Source: Lama guanicoe
Taxonomy: Eukaryota
Direction of reading: 5' to 3'
Assembly (NCBI GenBank): GCA_013239625.1
Contig: MU053493.1
Location: 2,055,793 to 2,119,792 of the forward strand
DNA length: 64,000 nt
A program made the translations under genes and the position numbers. Position 1 is the first letter of the stretch. Each line of letters opens with the position of its first letter. Below, one piece after another: positions 26,054-38,650 of this stretch. The notes beneath the pieces were generated by a model, which searched no databases, was not told the DNA's origin, and saw only the letters and a program-made list of their open reading frames with translations.

Positions 26054-26364
26054 AAAAAGCTTTCAGGTGATCAAATAATTACATGAATAGCATTTCTTTG
26101 TTTTAAAGGAAAGTATTACTTGTTAAAATTTCAAATTCATATTACCCTAAAGCAAATAGAAAAGGCAAAATCTCTGAAAAGCCACAGCCAGCAACCATGA
26201 TTTTATCTGAAATATATTGTAAAATATTCTAGAAGCTAAACTTGAAAATACTATACTTTAGTCTCAAAAGAGTGTTATATAGTCTCAAAAATAACAAGTA
26301 ATAAACTACTAAAGAAAATCAAGTGAAAGAAGTTTATTTACTAAGTTTATTATAATGCCTTTAA

Positions 26365-29200
26365 GCTTATTTCTTTTCATTTTTACTATGGAAACTTTCA
26401 TACATATACAAAACCAGAGAACAGAGAATAAGGCAGCCCTACACACCCATCACCTAGCCTCAACAATTAATCTGCTTAGGGTCAGCTGTGTTTCTACCCT
26501 CTCTCTTCCAAACTATTTTGTAGCAAATATTAGACATCGTATGATTTCATCTTTAAATATCTCAATGTGTATTTCTAAAATAATAAAGCTCTTTTGGAAA
26601 ACATAGTCAAAATACTGACATCACATCTATAATAATTAATAATCCATTAATATCAAATATTTAGAGTTCACATTTCCTTGTTTCAAATTTTCTTCATACT
26701 TTCTTTGAATCAGGTTACACAGGATTCAAAGGAGTTCCATACAGAGCAACTGGTTGTCCTGAATTTTAGATATTTGTAAATTAATGGGTTTTTCCCACCA
26801 TTATTGTGTCTCCCTTGAAATCTGTTGAAGAAACCAGTTCATTCGTCCTATAGAGTTTTATACAGCTTCAACTTGCTTAATGTTTCTCCAGCCTCTGTAC
26901 TTTTTCTAATTTTGTGGTTAGATACAGAGGTTTGATCGAATTCAGACTAACAGAAGGTAAGTAGTACCTCTCTGTGATGTTAGCAGCTGTTTTGCATGAC
27001 TGCTTGGATCCATTCATTTATTAGGATTTCCAAAATAGTGCTAGTCAAACTCCATCACTTCTCCCTTTATTCATGGGAATCAAGATGTTGAAGAAGACTT
27101 CAGGGGAGGGTATAGCTCAAGTGGTAGAGCACATGCTTAGCATGCATGAGGTCCTGGGTTCAATCCCCAGTACCTCCTCTAAAATGAATAAACCTAATTA
27201 ACTCCACCCACTGCCAAAATAAAATGATTAAATAATACAATAATAAATAGATAAAATATAAAAGTAAAACTTTTTTTTAAAAAAGGAGACTTCTCCTCAT
27301 CAATGGTTTTGATACCCTAGGGTCCAGTTCATAGAGGAAAAGGATGTATGTTAGATTCTCTCCATCTGTCTTTCAGATTTCAAAATAATTAGTTGATATA
27401 TTGCTAGACTTGCAAAATAAATTCAGGTCTCTGTGGTTAGTTAATACTCTTGCTGCACTGAAATCTAATGCAACAAAAATTTTTTTTTTAAAAAAAGAAG
27501 GGGGACAGTGTCATGAAAACTTGCTAAAGACTTTGAAATGGGGACAAAAAATTACTAGACATCCTGTCTGTGTACCTTTCTGAGTTACTTGGCCTTTTTT
27601 TTTTAATTGTTTTTAAGTTACTTGACAACTCTGTGAGTTGTGAAATACTCAGAGTAATGCAAATGATTTTTGAGGACAGACATATGATTGAACTTTGTCT
27701 GGTGGGATGCAATGATTACCACCCCATGGAATGCTGACTGCTTTTATATCTCTTTGGAAATTCCTTGCAGCATTTTCAATTGACTGTCTGTGCACACTGT
27801 TTGAATTCTCTTTTAAACAGCTTACTGGTTCATTTATTAAATAATGAGTTAAATATAATCTTTGACACAATGTTATTTTAAAAAAATTAGTTGGGTCCCT
27901 AGCATCTTTCAAAAGTACTGTTTGTTGAGGGGGTGTGTGTGTATGTGTTTGAGTTATTATGAACCATAAACTGAAACACATTTGATATTTTTCAGTCACT
28001 GGAGTCCTTAGCGAGAGACAGTCAATTCAAATTAACACAACTCTTGTCGACCCTGAGAGCTTTCTTGCTCATTAGTGTGACAAGATATTCCAGGACCATC
28101 ATACACGTTTCTTGTCCCTGTCCTGGAATCAGCCCTTTCTCCAGTAAGCCCTGGTTCCTTTCAGAGAGGATGGTATTTAGATAACACAACTTTCCTGCTA
28201 GAGGTGCTCTTGCTACTTGGACGGTCATTGTTTTAAATATTTTCAATTGTTGGGTATAATATATCTTACACTCATACTGAAGTCTCGAATTCAAATTCAA
28301 AACTACAGGGTTTATACTTAATCACATCCACGTTCTATCTCTATCTCCTACCAATTATGCCCAAAATCTTATTTCTCATTATCATTAACCAATTGATTTA
28401 ATCTCATGATAACCCACACAACAGTCTCCAAATAACAATGCCAATACTACCACCAAAAAGCATGATGACTGAAAACAGTTCAGGATGTTTCTGTTTCCTT
28501 TTATCCTGTGAGTTCATCCCACCAGGAATAAGTGGTCAAATGAGGGTGCTGCAGAGTCACTGTAGTTCCTCTACATGTGGTTACGTTCCTTTGTGTCATT
28601 TCTATTGTTAGGGATGGTTTTCTAAATTCAGTTTTGTTTACAATTAGGTAAAACAATTCTAAAGTCAAATCCATAAAAGAAGTTTCAAATAAGTCTAGCT
28701 TTTATTCTTCCCTGCATTCTATTCTATCTTTTCTCCTATAGGTAACCACTTGTTTAATTTTACATTTTAATCCTTCCGTTACTTGGTTTTTAGTAGAGGC
28801 AAATAAATAATAGCATACAACACAAATTTTCTCCTTCTAAACTATTTTTTTTCTCTTAATACAGGGCAGAGCACGCAACAGGAGTACACAGAAACACTCC
28901 TTATTCCTTTCGACAGCTGACTCGTTCTTCACTGCACAGATGCACCATGTTTATTCAACCAGGTCCCTATGCATGGACATTTGGGTTGTTTGGATTTTTT
29001 GCTTTTTACTGTAAACAGTGTTGCAACAGCCTTATGCATACATCTTTTAAATGGCTGCTAATATGGCTATAGGATATACTCTATGAAGTAGGATTTCTGG
29101 ACTAAAAGATAAGTGAATATTTAATTTTTCTAGACACTGTCACATTCCCCAACATAGAAGTAGTACCATTTTTCATTCCTACTAGCAATGTATAAAAGTG
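26365..29200 (-). mobile_element. Old L1 (L1MC/L1ME-like) 3' regions
   Basis: Degenerate antisense L1 3'UTR motifs (ggacatttgggttgttt; taccatttttcattcctactagcaatgtat). Confidence 0.55.
27103..27282 (+). mobile_element. tRNA-Ala-derived SINE (vic-1-like)
   Basis: ggggagggtatagctcaagtggtagagc head; TSD aagaagacttc / aaggagacttc. Confidence 0.9.
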
Positions 29201-29719
29201 AGAAGGTCTTATTCTTTTTCTTTAATGACTAAAAAACTTTGGCTAAATTAAATATAGGGAGAAATCGGTATTGCTGTTTGTTACCATAAATGTTATGTAT
29301 CTCCACCAAATGTAGCAAAATTTATTTTTCCTTAAATACACACAGAAGACAGAAAACAAAAGAGGATATTATGTACAGTCAGGAAATATTTCAAATTCAT
29401 GTTAATAATATTTCAGCAACAATTGTAGTAGCTGTGGGTTCTTAGCATCCCGTGGGGGGCTTGGCTGCACAAAAAGGGTTAGCGTTAATTTTTCATATTA
29501 GTAGTCACAAAAGAACCATTCAAGTCATATATAAATAAACTGGTCTGCAAAGTTTCAAAATGGAGCTCAAAAATACTAATAATTGAGCTCAAAATGGAGC
29601 AAATCTACAAAAAAGCCATGAAAGGAGACTACTTTTGAGATGCAGGGAGTACTCAACAATACACATGATGCTAGGAAGTCAGGGGAAAAAAGAGACAATA
29701 AGGTTTTTTTTTTTCAAGT

Positions 29720-32190
29720 TTACTGTTTTTTTAAAAATTGTGGTAAAATATACATGACAAAACTTTACCATGTTTTTATAATTTGTTTCATTGTGATAAA
29801 ATATACACAGCATTAAATTTACCATTTTAACAACTTGCAGGTGTACAGGTCGGAGGCATGAAGTACACTCACGTCAGTGTGCAACCGTCGCCACCATACA
29901 TTTCTAGAACTTTTTCATCTTCCTAAACTGAAATTTCATACCCATACAGTTCACTATTTATTTAATCCTCATTCACTGTTCCCCTCAGATCCTGGCAACC
30001 ACCATTCTACTTTCAATCTCTCTGAATTTGACTATTCTGAGGCTCTCATATAAGTGAAATCACACAGGATTTGTCTTTTTTGTGGCTGGCTTATTTCACT
30101 TAGTGTAATGTCCTCAAGTTTCACACTTGGAGCATGTGTCAGAATTTCCTCCCTTTTTAAGGCTGAATAATATTAATTCTATGTTTAGACCACACTTTCT
30201 TTAACTAGTCATCTGTCAATAGACAGTTGGGTTGCTTCTACTTTTTGGCTGTTGCGAATAATGTGGCCACGAACATGAGTGAGGGTATAAATACTGATTC
30301 TAGTCACTGGTTTGAATTCTTTTGGTTATACACCCAGAAGTGGAATTACTGGATCATATGGTAACTCCACGTTTAATTTTTTGAGGAAATACCATACTGT
30401 TTTCCCGAGTGGCCACACCATTTTGCATACCAATGCACAATGCTCAAGGGTTCTAATGTTCCCACATCCTAACCAACACTTGTTGTCTTCTGTTTTTGTG
30501 TTAACAGTCACCCTAAGAAGTATGAGATGGTATCTCATGTGATTTCAGTTTGTGTTTTCTGAACGATTAGTGACGCTGAGCGTCTTTCAATGTGCTTACT
30601 GGTCATCTGTATGTCTTCTCTGGAGAAATGTCTATTCATCCAGGTCCTCTGCCTAGTTTTTAACTTTTTTTTGTATTGAGTTGCTGAAGTTCTTTATATA
30701 TTCTGAATACTAATCCTATACTTTCTGGGCACTTATCCTCTATAGATATATGATTTTCAGATATTTTCTCCTATTCTGTGGATTCCCTTTTCACTGTGTT
30801 GATTGTCTCCTTTGATGTGCAAAAGTTTTAAATTTAGGTAAGGTTCAATTCATCCATTTTTTCCCTTTGCTACCTGTTCTTTTGTTGTCATATAAAAAAA
30901 AAAACATTGTGAGATCCAATGGCATAAAGCTTTCCTTTCCCCTTTCTTCTAAGAGTTTTGTAGTTTTAGGGCTTACATTTAGGTCTTTGAGCCATTTTGA
31001 GTTAATTTTTGTATATGGTGTAAGGTAGGGGTCCAGCTTCATGTTTTTCATGTAGATATACAGTTTTCCTGTCACCATTTGTTGAAAATACTGTCTTTTT
31101 CCCAAGAAACGGTCTTGCCACCCTTGTTGAAAGTCAGTTGGCCATATATGTGAGGCCATATTTCTTAGCTCTCTATTCTGTTTCACTGATCTATCTACAT
31201 GTCTGTCTTTAATGCCCCTACCACACTATTTTGATGACCATTGCTTTGCAGTAAGTTTTGAAATCAGGAAGTATGAATTCTCCAACTTTGTTCTTTTTGA
31301 GGTTGTTTTGGTTATCGGGGGGGGGTCCCTTAAAATTCCATGTAAGTATTAGGATGGGTTTTTCTATTTCTGCAAAAAAAAAAAATGTCATTGGGATTTT
31401 GATAGAGATTGTATTGAATCTGTAGATCACTTTTGGAACTGCTGACATCTCAAAATATTGCATCTTCCAATCCATGAACATGGAATGTCTTTCCATGTAT
31501 TTATGTCTTCTTTAATTTCTTTCAGCAGTATTTTATCTCATCAGTTTCAGTGTGTAGAATCTTTCACCCCCTTAGAAAAGTTAAGTATTTAATTCTTTGT
31601 ATGTTATTTTAAAGGAGTTGTTTTCTTAATTTCCTTTACAGATTGTTCACTCTTAGTATATCAGAATGCAACTGACTGTTGCACACTGATTTTGTATACC
31701 ACAAGTTTGATGATTTTATTAATTCTAACAGATTTTTTTTAATGGAAGCTTTAGTGACCTACATGCAAGGTCATGTCATCTGTAACAGAGATCATTTTAC
31801 AACTTCCTTCCCAACTTGGATGACTTTTATTTCATTTTCTTGCCTAGCTGGCTAGAATTTCCAATATTATATTGAAAAACGTGGTGACTGTGGACATCCT
31901 TGTCTTGTTGCTGAACTTAGAGGGAAAGATTTCCGTCTTTCACCAATGAGTGTGATCACCTGTCGGCTTTTCATACATGGCTTTCATAACGCTGAGGTTT
32001 TCTTCTGCTTCTAGTTTGTTAAGTGTTTTGTTCTCTATCATGTTAAAGTTTTTCAAATGCCTCTTCTGAATCAGCTAAGATGATCATGTTTTGTTAAAAA
32101 AAATCATTCTGTTAATGTGGCATGGGACATTGATTTCAAATGTTTAATTATCCTTGCATTTCAGGTATAAATTCCATTTGGTCACAGTGA
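29720..32190 (-). mobile_element. L1MB-like element, 3'UTR plus ~1.9 kb of ORF2
   Basis: Minus-strand ORF2 peptides MRYHL..., [37 protein letters not shown] and [10 protein letters not shown]. Confidence 0.9.
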
Positions 32191-33499
32191 GAAGATTTAA
32201 GCTGTTTTTTTGTTTTGTTTTGTTTTTAAACATAAGAAAGGTCATGACATACTTTTTTTGGAACTATATACCTTGACTCCACTCTGGGGTCCTTCTCCCT
32301 TTTCCAGTCCCCTTCTAGGCCCCATGTGCTATATGCACTGGCTCACAAAAGGTGGAGCCCTAAGGGTTATTTTAAACCTCAAGTCATCACAGAATTTGAA
32401 AGGTCAGGCAAAAGTTTCTTTGACAGGTCAAATCTTTAAAACAATTTGATTCCATTTAGTGCCACATGCCAACAGCCACAAGGATATTTCTTTTCTAGGC
32501 ACGTATCTTCCATTTGCTGTAAGCGCATTTACCCACATCATGCTCCACTGCATCTTTCTCTCCCTACTTGTGCACCTTTGGGCATCATGCTTTGGGTGGA
32601 CAGACCACATTTTAACCCATCTCCTCTCAGTCATCTTGTCCTTTTAAAAATATTTATTGGGCCTCCAGTCACTAACTAAACCTTTATCCTAAATCATTTT
32701 AATCCATTTTGGCAATGGGAGTGACAACTATATCCTGGATTTGATCTTTGCCTGAGAATGTGATTTAATTTGCCTCTGTCTCTGTTTTATGTTTTACTGC
32801 CTGGGGGTCCAGAAGCAGCTGTGTATCAGTACACTTCCGTATTCTATCCTGGTCATTCCTGAATACAAACCAGCCAAGTATTTTCTGGCTTCATCTCTTT
32901 CCTGTTAAGTTTTCTTAATGCAGCCACAGCCACCAACGCTCCTGGTACCAATGTTCTATGTTCTAACTTTAGAGTTATGGGTTCATTATGTACATGATCT
33001 GCTTCAAGTTATCACAAAAGGTACTTTTACTATGTGCTTTTCCATTGCATAACACTTACGATCTTCTTTCCAAACTCCCCAGAATGAGTTTCCTCAACTT
33101 CTGGACCATTCAGGATAGGGTAGGTTACAAGTAAGTCTAACATCTCAGTGGCCTTACACAGCGGAAGTACTTTTTTCTCCTATTACATGACCATAGCAGG
33201 TCAAGTGGGTTTTGCCACAGGTTCACTCAGACACCTAAGACAATGAAGGCTTTATCTCAGTGATGTTCCTACAGTCACCTCAGCCAGGGGCCTTAAAGTT
33301 CCTGCCTGGAGGTGTCACCTCCAGTTATTTTTGTTCACCTTTCGTTAACCAAAGAAGCCACGTGGCCACACTCAACATCCAAGGGAATGGGAAGTTTGAT
33401 CCTACCAAACGATCCAAAGGAAAGAACCGGGTTACCTGTGAGCACGTCTGATGACCCCCATATCCCTGTTCTCCTCTTATTCTATAAACCACTTCTGTG

Positions 33500-34090
33500 T
33501 TTCCTTATCCAAGACCCTGACATAAGGCACCATTTCTGCTGATGACTCTCCCTTGTCTCCCCTTCCAGACCTCTTCTACCATTATATGGACTACTGTCTG
33601 CTCAACATTTTCACCTGTGTCTCAGAGGCTTCTCACACTCACTTAGCACAGAAAATCAAACTTGGGAAGATCTTCTTGAAATGCTGTCAAACTTTGTGGC
33701 ATCACCATCTGCCTGAATTTCTCACATTTGAGGTATGAGATGGTTTTCACCCTCTCCTACTCTGACCACATCTGAGGATCAGCAAGTCCTGCTCATTCTA
33801 CACAAACAATCTCTCTCCATCCCCACCGCTGGCACTGCTCTTTCGTTTCAACAAGCATCATCTTCTCTATGGATGGCTTTTCCTCATTCTCCCTGACTCC
33901 AGTGCTGACTCCATTCATGACTCCCTTGACCCTGGGCCGACGGTTATCTCACTAACATGTAAATGGATTCTCAAGAGCAAGGATTTCTGTTGTATTCACT
34001 GATAACCCCAAGTCCCTAGCTGGGTACTTAATACACACTTCTGAACTTTTTTGAATGCATGAATGAGTGAATGGGTGAATGAATGATGTC
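33500..34090 (+). mobile_element. L2 LINE 3' remnant
   Basis: Pyrimidine-rich L2-like body ending in gaatgcatgaatgagtgaatgggtgaatgaatga. Confidence 0.6.
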
Positions 34091-34251
34091 ATTCCTCTGC
34101 TTAAGGCCCTTTAGTAGTTTCCCCTTGCCCTGACATGGATGTCCAAGGCCGGATAAACCTGAAAAATGGTTGACCTGGCCTGGGTTGATTTCCTCAGCCC
34201 ATGCCCAGCTGCTTCTGCTACACCCTCTACCATCTAGCCAAAGAAAATACA

Positions 34252-34391
34252 GTTTTTAAAAAATATTTTATTTATTTACTTATTGGAGGAGGGAGTAATT
34301 AGGTTTGTTTGTTTAATGTTAATGGAGGTACTGGGGATTGAACCCTGGCGCATGCTAAGCATGCACTTTACCACTGAGCTATACCTACCTC
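34252..34391 (-). mobile_element. tRNA-Ala-derived SINE (vic-1-like)
   Basis: gtaattaggttt...ggaggtactggggattgaaccc...ccactgagctatacc. Confidence 0.88.
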
Positions 34392-34981
34392 TTGATTAGG
34401 GCCAAAAAAAAGTCAAAGTGTGAGAAGGTACTGGCACTAGATACAGCAGACAATGAATGGAGTATTACGCTGAACATATGAAGAAATCATACAAATCAAG
34501 AGAAACAGAAAAGGTCTAATATATGAAACCTGATTTAAAAAAAAAAGATGCTTAACATCACCAGTAAGCAAGATGTGCAAGTTAATACTACAATAAACAC
34601 TACATGCCCACAGAGTGGCTTGAAATTTTCATAGGGGTGGGAGGGAGGGATGGCAAAACAAAACAAAACAACCTCTAAAATGTTGGTAGGAGTGAAACTT
34701 AAGACAAACTCAAGAGAAACGTGGCAATGCCCCATGACTGCTCTATTTGTTTCTGGCTGGACCTCTCACACATGTGCTGAAGGAAAGACTGTACACTCTC
34801 TGCAAACAGCAAAAAAAATTGGAAAGAACCTGTCTAGCCAATAGGGAAGGAATAAACAAGCTTATTTTCTTCCTGTGAAAGAACAATTAAAATCAATGAA
34901 TCAGATCGACATGGCTAAATCTCAAAAGCAATGGTGAGTGAAGAAAAGTTGCAAAAGGATACAGTATAATATCACACATAC

Positions 34982-35522
34982 TGAGGTGGGAAGCCCCATA
35001 AAAGAGACTGGCAGGACCCCCAGGCAGGGCCACTACTCTCCTGTCAGCACCATCTGGTTCCCTGGCCCAGAGACTCTATCTCACTTTTTGCCTCTGAAAT
35101 GGCTTATTTCTAGAAAAGTGGAACTTACCCCTAAAATTCTATTGGTTCCCTGAGCTCACTCCTGATTGGGCCATTTTCCTCACTCCTGATTGGTCCATTT
35201 GTAGTGCTTCATTAGCATGGAGCTCACTCCTGATTGGTTATTTCTCTCTCTCTCCTGATTGGTCCATTTCCACAAAGCTTGTTCCTAATTAGTCAACTTT
35301 TGTTATACCTTATTTGCATATGAGGTTGCAAAATGTAAACTGACAGCCTATAAAAGCCTGTGTAAACCTACAGCCAGGGTCCAGAGCTTGGAGTGTTAAC
35401 TTCTCTGGGCCTGCACCTGAATTGGCTCCAACTCTCCAAGTGCTGCTTGGTCTCTCACCGGGACCCAGATGGCCGTCACAACTGAGCTGTAACAACAAGC
35501 TGTAACATGTTTTTCTGCAACA
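34982..35522 (+). mobile_element. ERV solo LTR with CCAAT array, octamer and TATA box
   Basis: TG...CA ends; repeated ctcctgattgg units; ATTTGCAT at 35312-35319; TATAAAA at 35349-35355; gagctgtaaca repeats near the 3' end. Confidence 0.75.
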
Positions 35523-35554
35523 ATGTAAGTTGTAAAAGCTGACAAATACTACTA

Positions 35555-35763
35555 CAGTTGGCCTTTGCACACCTTGGGGGTTAGGGGCATCAACCCCCAC
35601 AGTTAAAGTCTCTGTATAACTTGACAGTCTGTTTCTGAGGTTCTGCATCTTCGAGTTCAACCAACCGTGGATCTTGCAATAATGCAGTCCTTATTTATGA
35701 TTTTAAAAATCTGCATGTAAGTGGTTCATGCAGTTTAAACCTATACTGTTCAAAGATCAATTG
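35555..35763. mobile_element. TcMar-Tigger non-autonomous element (MER8/Tigger2a-like)
   Basis: ta|cagttggcctttgcac ... gttcaaagatcaattg degenerate terminal inverted repeats. Confidence 0.7.
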
Positions 35764-35829
35764 CATGTATTATTCATATATTAACATTCTATTGTATTAA
35801 ACTATACAACGGCATGATACCCACAAATC

Positions 35830-35939
35830 TTTTTTTGGGGGGGTGGGTGTTTGGCATTCATTCATTTACTTTAATGGAGGTACTGGGGATTGAAACCAGG
35901 ATTTCATGCATGCTAAGCACCCGCTCTACCCTTCCCCCC
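35830..35939 (-). mobile_element. tRNA-Ala-derived SINE (vic-1-like), A box deleted
   Basis: ggaggtactggggattgaaaccagg...atgctaagcacccgctctacc. Confidence 0.8.
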
Positions 35940-36569
35940 AATATCCATAAACTTTTGACATCTCTGGGAAGGATGAAAAGATACAAGGGCTTGTTCTGGT
36001 CTGCAATGTTTTATATTTTAAAATTTGAAACAAATTTTTGACTTCATTGATGTTGTAAATAGTTAACATCTCCATGAGTAAAGTGTGGAGGAAGTATTTG
36101 TCAGGTAAAATAATGGATGTTGGGTAATGTTATTTTTTCACTGCACAGCTGAAAACGCCAGTATGAGAACACACCAGAGGGGAAAGCAGTCAGTGAGTTA
36201 AGCAGAAGGCTTGACCAGAATGTAATTCAGACACTGAAATAAAATGCAAACTAAGAAGAAACACCTTCGAGGACCAAGTATATTCCATTGACGAAATAAA
36301 CACAAATTCCAATTTAACAGAATGAAATAAAGCCCAGTCACCTATCCCATTTCTCCTGTATACACGCCAGACTTCTAAGTGATATTTAGGCCAATGTTGA
36401 TCAAGCCACTTTTTTTTTTAAGTATCTACCTCACTTCATGGTCAATTTGCAGTACTTTCCCTGCAATCATACTTATGATGTCATCTGTTGAATAATTATT
36501 TGTTCAATCTGTGCGTATAAACAGCAATTTGATAGGGATTATGGAGAATCTAATTATCACACTACCACA

Positions 36570-36710
36570 CATAATACAGGCATCGTCAGTCCATTTTACA
36601 AGGGAGGAAATGTCTGTATACAACTTAAGTAACCCACCTTCACTCATATAGGTGTTTAGACAAAAGGAGGATCTGAACCCAGGTAGTCTGATTTCCAGGT
36701 AGGCATGGTT
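36570..36710 (-). mobile_element. MIR SINE remnant
   Basis: ccattttacaagggaggaaa...gatctgaacccaggtagtctgatttccag. Confidence 0.65.
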
Positions 36711-36949
36711 AATCACTAACAGTTTTACCAAACTTTTCTGTGACTCATGGTAATAAATATGCTTTACATCATGATCCAACATACACACACACACACATAA
36801 AAATCAAGCAACTTCCACAAAACACAATTTACCTTAATGATATGTAGCAAAAACCCTTTTTCTTTAAGATGCTGGTTTTGAGGCACGAAATTAATTTATG
36901 ACTTCATGGTTAAAAAATGCACAGTGCTTAACTGTTTCAAAATATGGTA

Positions 36950-36955
36950 TTTATT
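36950..36955 (-). terminator. Probable NSMCE3 polyadenylation signal (AATAAA)
   Basis: TTTATT on + lies ~630 nt past the stop codon, at the end of an AT-rich non-repeat 3'UTR-like segment. An alternative proximal signal is at 37235-37240. Confidence 0.55.
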
Positions 36956-37583
36956 ATAACTGTCGTAGCAAAAAGAAAAAGTGGTACTAAATGGTCAGCC
37001 ACACAACCTAGTAATAATTATCAACGCAAAAAGTTACTTGGGAAAAATACAGTACGTACTTCGCTTAGAATAATGCATAATGCTTACATACATGGAAAAT
37101 ACATAAACATAAAATAGCTGTATTAAGGTAAAACACAATATAGGCAACTATATTTTAGTTTTCAACTTATGAAGACTTTTCATTTTTCCTTACAAAGTAG
37201 GGTAGTCAAGAGGCCAGGTAAGAGCCACTTCCCTTTTATTTCCTTGGCATCAAAGCCACTTATTGATATGTTCTTTCTTAAATATCTATTTCTAGATCAT
37301 GGTACAAAGTCTTCCAATTAGTTTTATAAAGCTAGGAAAACGTTTACACGAAAAATACAGACAGCAAAACAAGTAAGAACGAAACAAATCATCTCCTAGT
37401 ATTTTTATAAACAAAAACTTCTAACGAAATAACTTACAATACTAGGAGAACAAAAGCTTGAAAGCACATCCCAAAACTATATACATTTAAGTGTTACAGA
37501 AATAGGTCCCTCCCACCCCCTCTCCTTCAGCCCGGCGCCCCGGACCCTTCCCCAAGGAGTTCCTCTGAGTATCTCTCGAATTT

Positions 37584-38432
37584 TCAAGAGGAAGGGGCCG
37601 GGCCACCTGTCTGAGGTCTGGCCCTGGCCTCCTCCTCCGCCAAAGCCTCACAGTACTGCGCCGGCCAGTCCTTGGGGTCTTGATTATGGACTTTGGCTAC
37701 AAACTTAAGAACCTTCATCTTGCTGGTTTCCAGGTTAGTTCGCGGGCCCCACTGGAACTCATAGTCCACAGGGTCGGTGTGCGGTATCCGCCGGTACTCC
37801 AAATAACGCTGCCGCACGAAGTCCTCGGTAATGAGCTTCTTCGGGTCCCCAAAGATCAAGTGCTTCTTGGTGGGGTGCACCCCTAGGCGCCGCAGGAAGT
37901 CCCAGACCTCCGTCTCCTTGATGGAGTTGCCCTTCATGAAGATGAGCCCCAACACGATCATCAGGAGGCCGGTGGTGGGCGTGCCCTGGTCGCCCCGCAC
38001 CTCCGCGTCCTCCTCCACCGGCTCTAGCGTGTTGATGAGAATGTAGGTGTTGCTCTTGGGCTCCAGCTCCACCAGCCGGTACCCGAAGACGTACTCAAGG
38101 CGCTGGGCGGCCAGCTTGAGAAGGTCGGGGAAGATGTCCTTGTAGTCCCCCACGACGTGCTTCAGGATGTCCGCACGCTTGATCGGGATCTTCTTCTGGT
38201 CTTTGATCAGCAGGAACTGCACCAGCTCCGCCACCTTCAGCTCCAGCTGCTTCTGGGACCGGGGCCCCGCCTTGGGGGAGGCCTCGGCCCGGCGGCTGCC
38301 CTGCCATCCGGCGCCGCCCGCTCCGCGGGACGTGCTCGGGGCCTCCTCGGCACCGCCCCCGCCGCGGCCCCCGTCCCGCTCCCTCTCTGGCTGGGAGCCA
38401 GCGCGGCCTCGGCTCTTCGGTTTCTGCAACAT
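37584..38432 (-). CDS. NSMCE3: NSE3 homolog, SMC5-SMC6 complex component (MAGE-G1 / necdin-like 2), intronless, 282 aa
   Basis: The ORF has a complete MAGE homology domain ([29 protein letters not shown]...[15 protein letters not shown]...[42 protein letters not shown]). It begins MLQKP and ends GPAPSS, as I recall mammalian NSMCE3. The ATG has G at -3 (gcgacATG) and an in-frame TAA lies upstream at 38502-38504. Confidence 0.97.
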   Translation of the reverse strand: MLQKPKSRGRAGSQPERERDGGRGGGGAEEAPSTSRGAGGAGWQGSRRAEASPKAGPRSQKQLELKVAELVQFLLIKDQKKIPIKRADILKHVVGDYKDIFPDLLKLAAQRLEYVFGYRLVELEPKSNTYILINTLEPVEEDAEVRGDQGTPTTGLLMIVLGLIFMKGNSIKETEVWDFLRRLGVHPTKKHLIFGDPKKLITEDFVRQRYLEYRRIPHTDPVDYEFQWGPRTNLETSKMKVLKFVAKVHNQDPKDWPAQYCEALAEEEARARPQTGGPAPSS

Positions 38433-38588
38433 GTCGCAGCGGCGGGGCCCGGCGCAAACTCGGCGGGCAGGCTGGCTGGCGGGCCGACGGCGCGCTCACC
38501 GTTAACGGGCGGCTGCGGCGGCGGTGGCTGCTGCGGGAATTGTGGGTCGGCGCGCGGCGCGTCCAGGCGGCTCTGGGCGGGGACAGAG

Positions 38589-38650
38589 GCTGCGCGTTGC
38601 GTCACGGGGGGTTGCGCGTTGCGTCACGGGGTTGCGTGTTGCGTCACGCG
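38589..38650 (-). promoter_or_regulatory. Three tandem ~20-22 bp units each carrying CGTGACGCAAC (CRE/C-EBP hybrid bZIP-type site) in the NSMCE3 promoter
   Basis: TTGCGTCA occurs on the + strand at 38597-38604, 38619-38626 and 38639-38646 within units of GTTGCGCGTTGCGTCACGGG. Confidence 0.65.

Noticed and set aside
29720..32190. Functional reverse transcriptase gene
   Set aside because: The L1 ORF2 is 5'-truncated and broken by frameshifts and stops.
35135..35270. CRISPR-like spaced repeats (ctcctgattgg units)
   Set aside because: Mammalian context, short irregular units inside an LTR, and no cas genes; these are CCAAT-box repeats.
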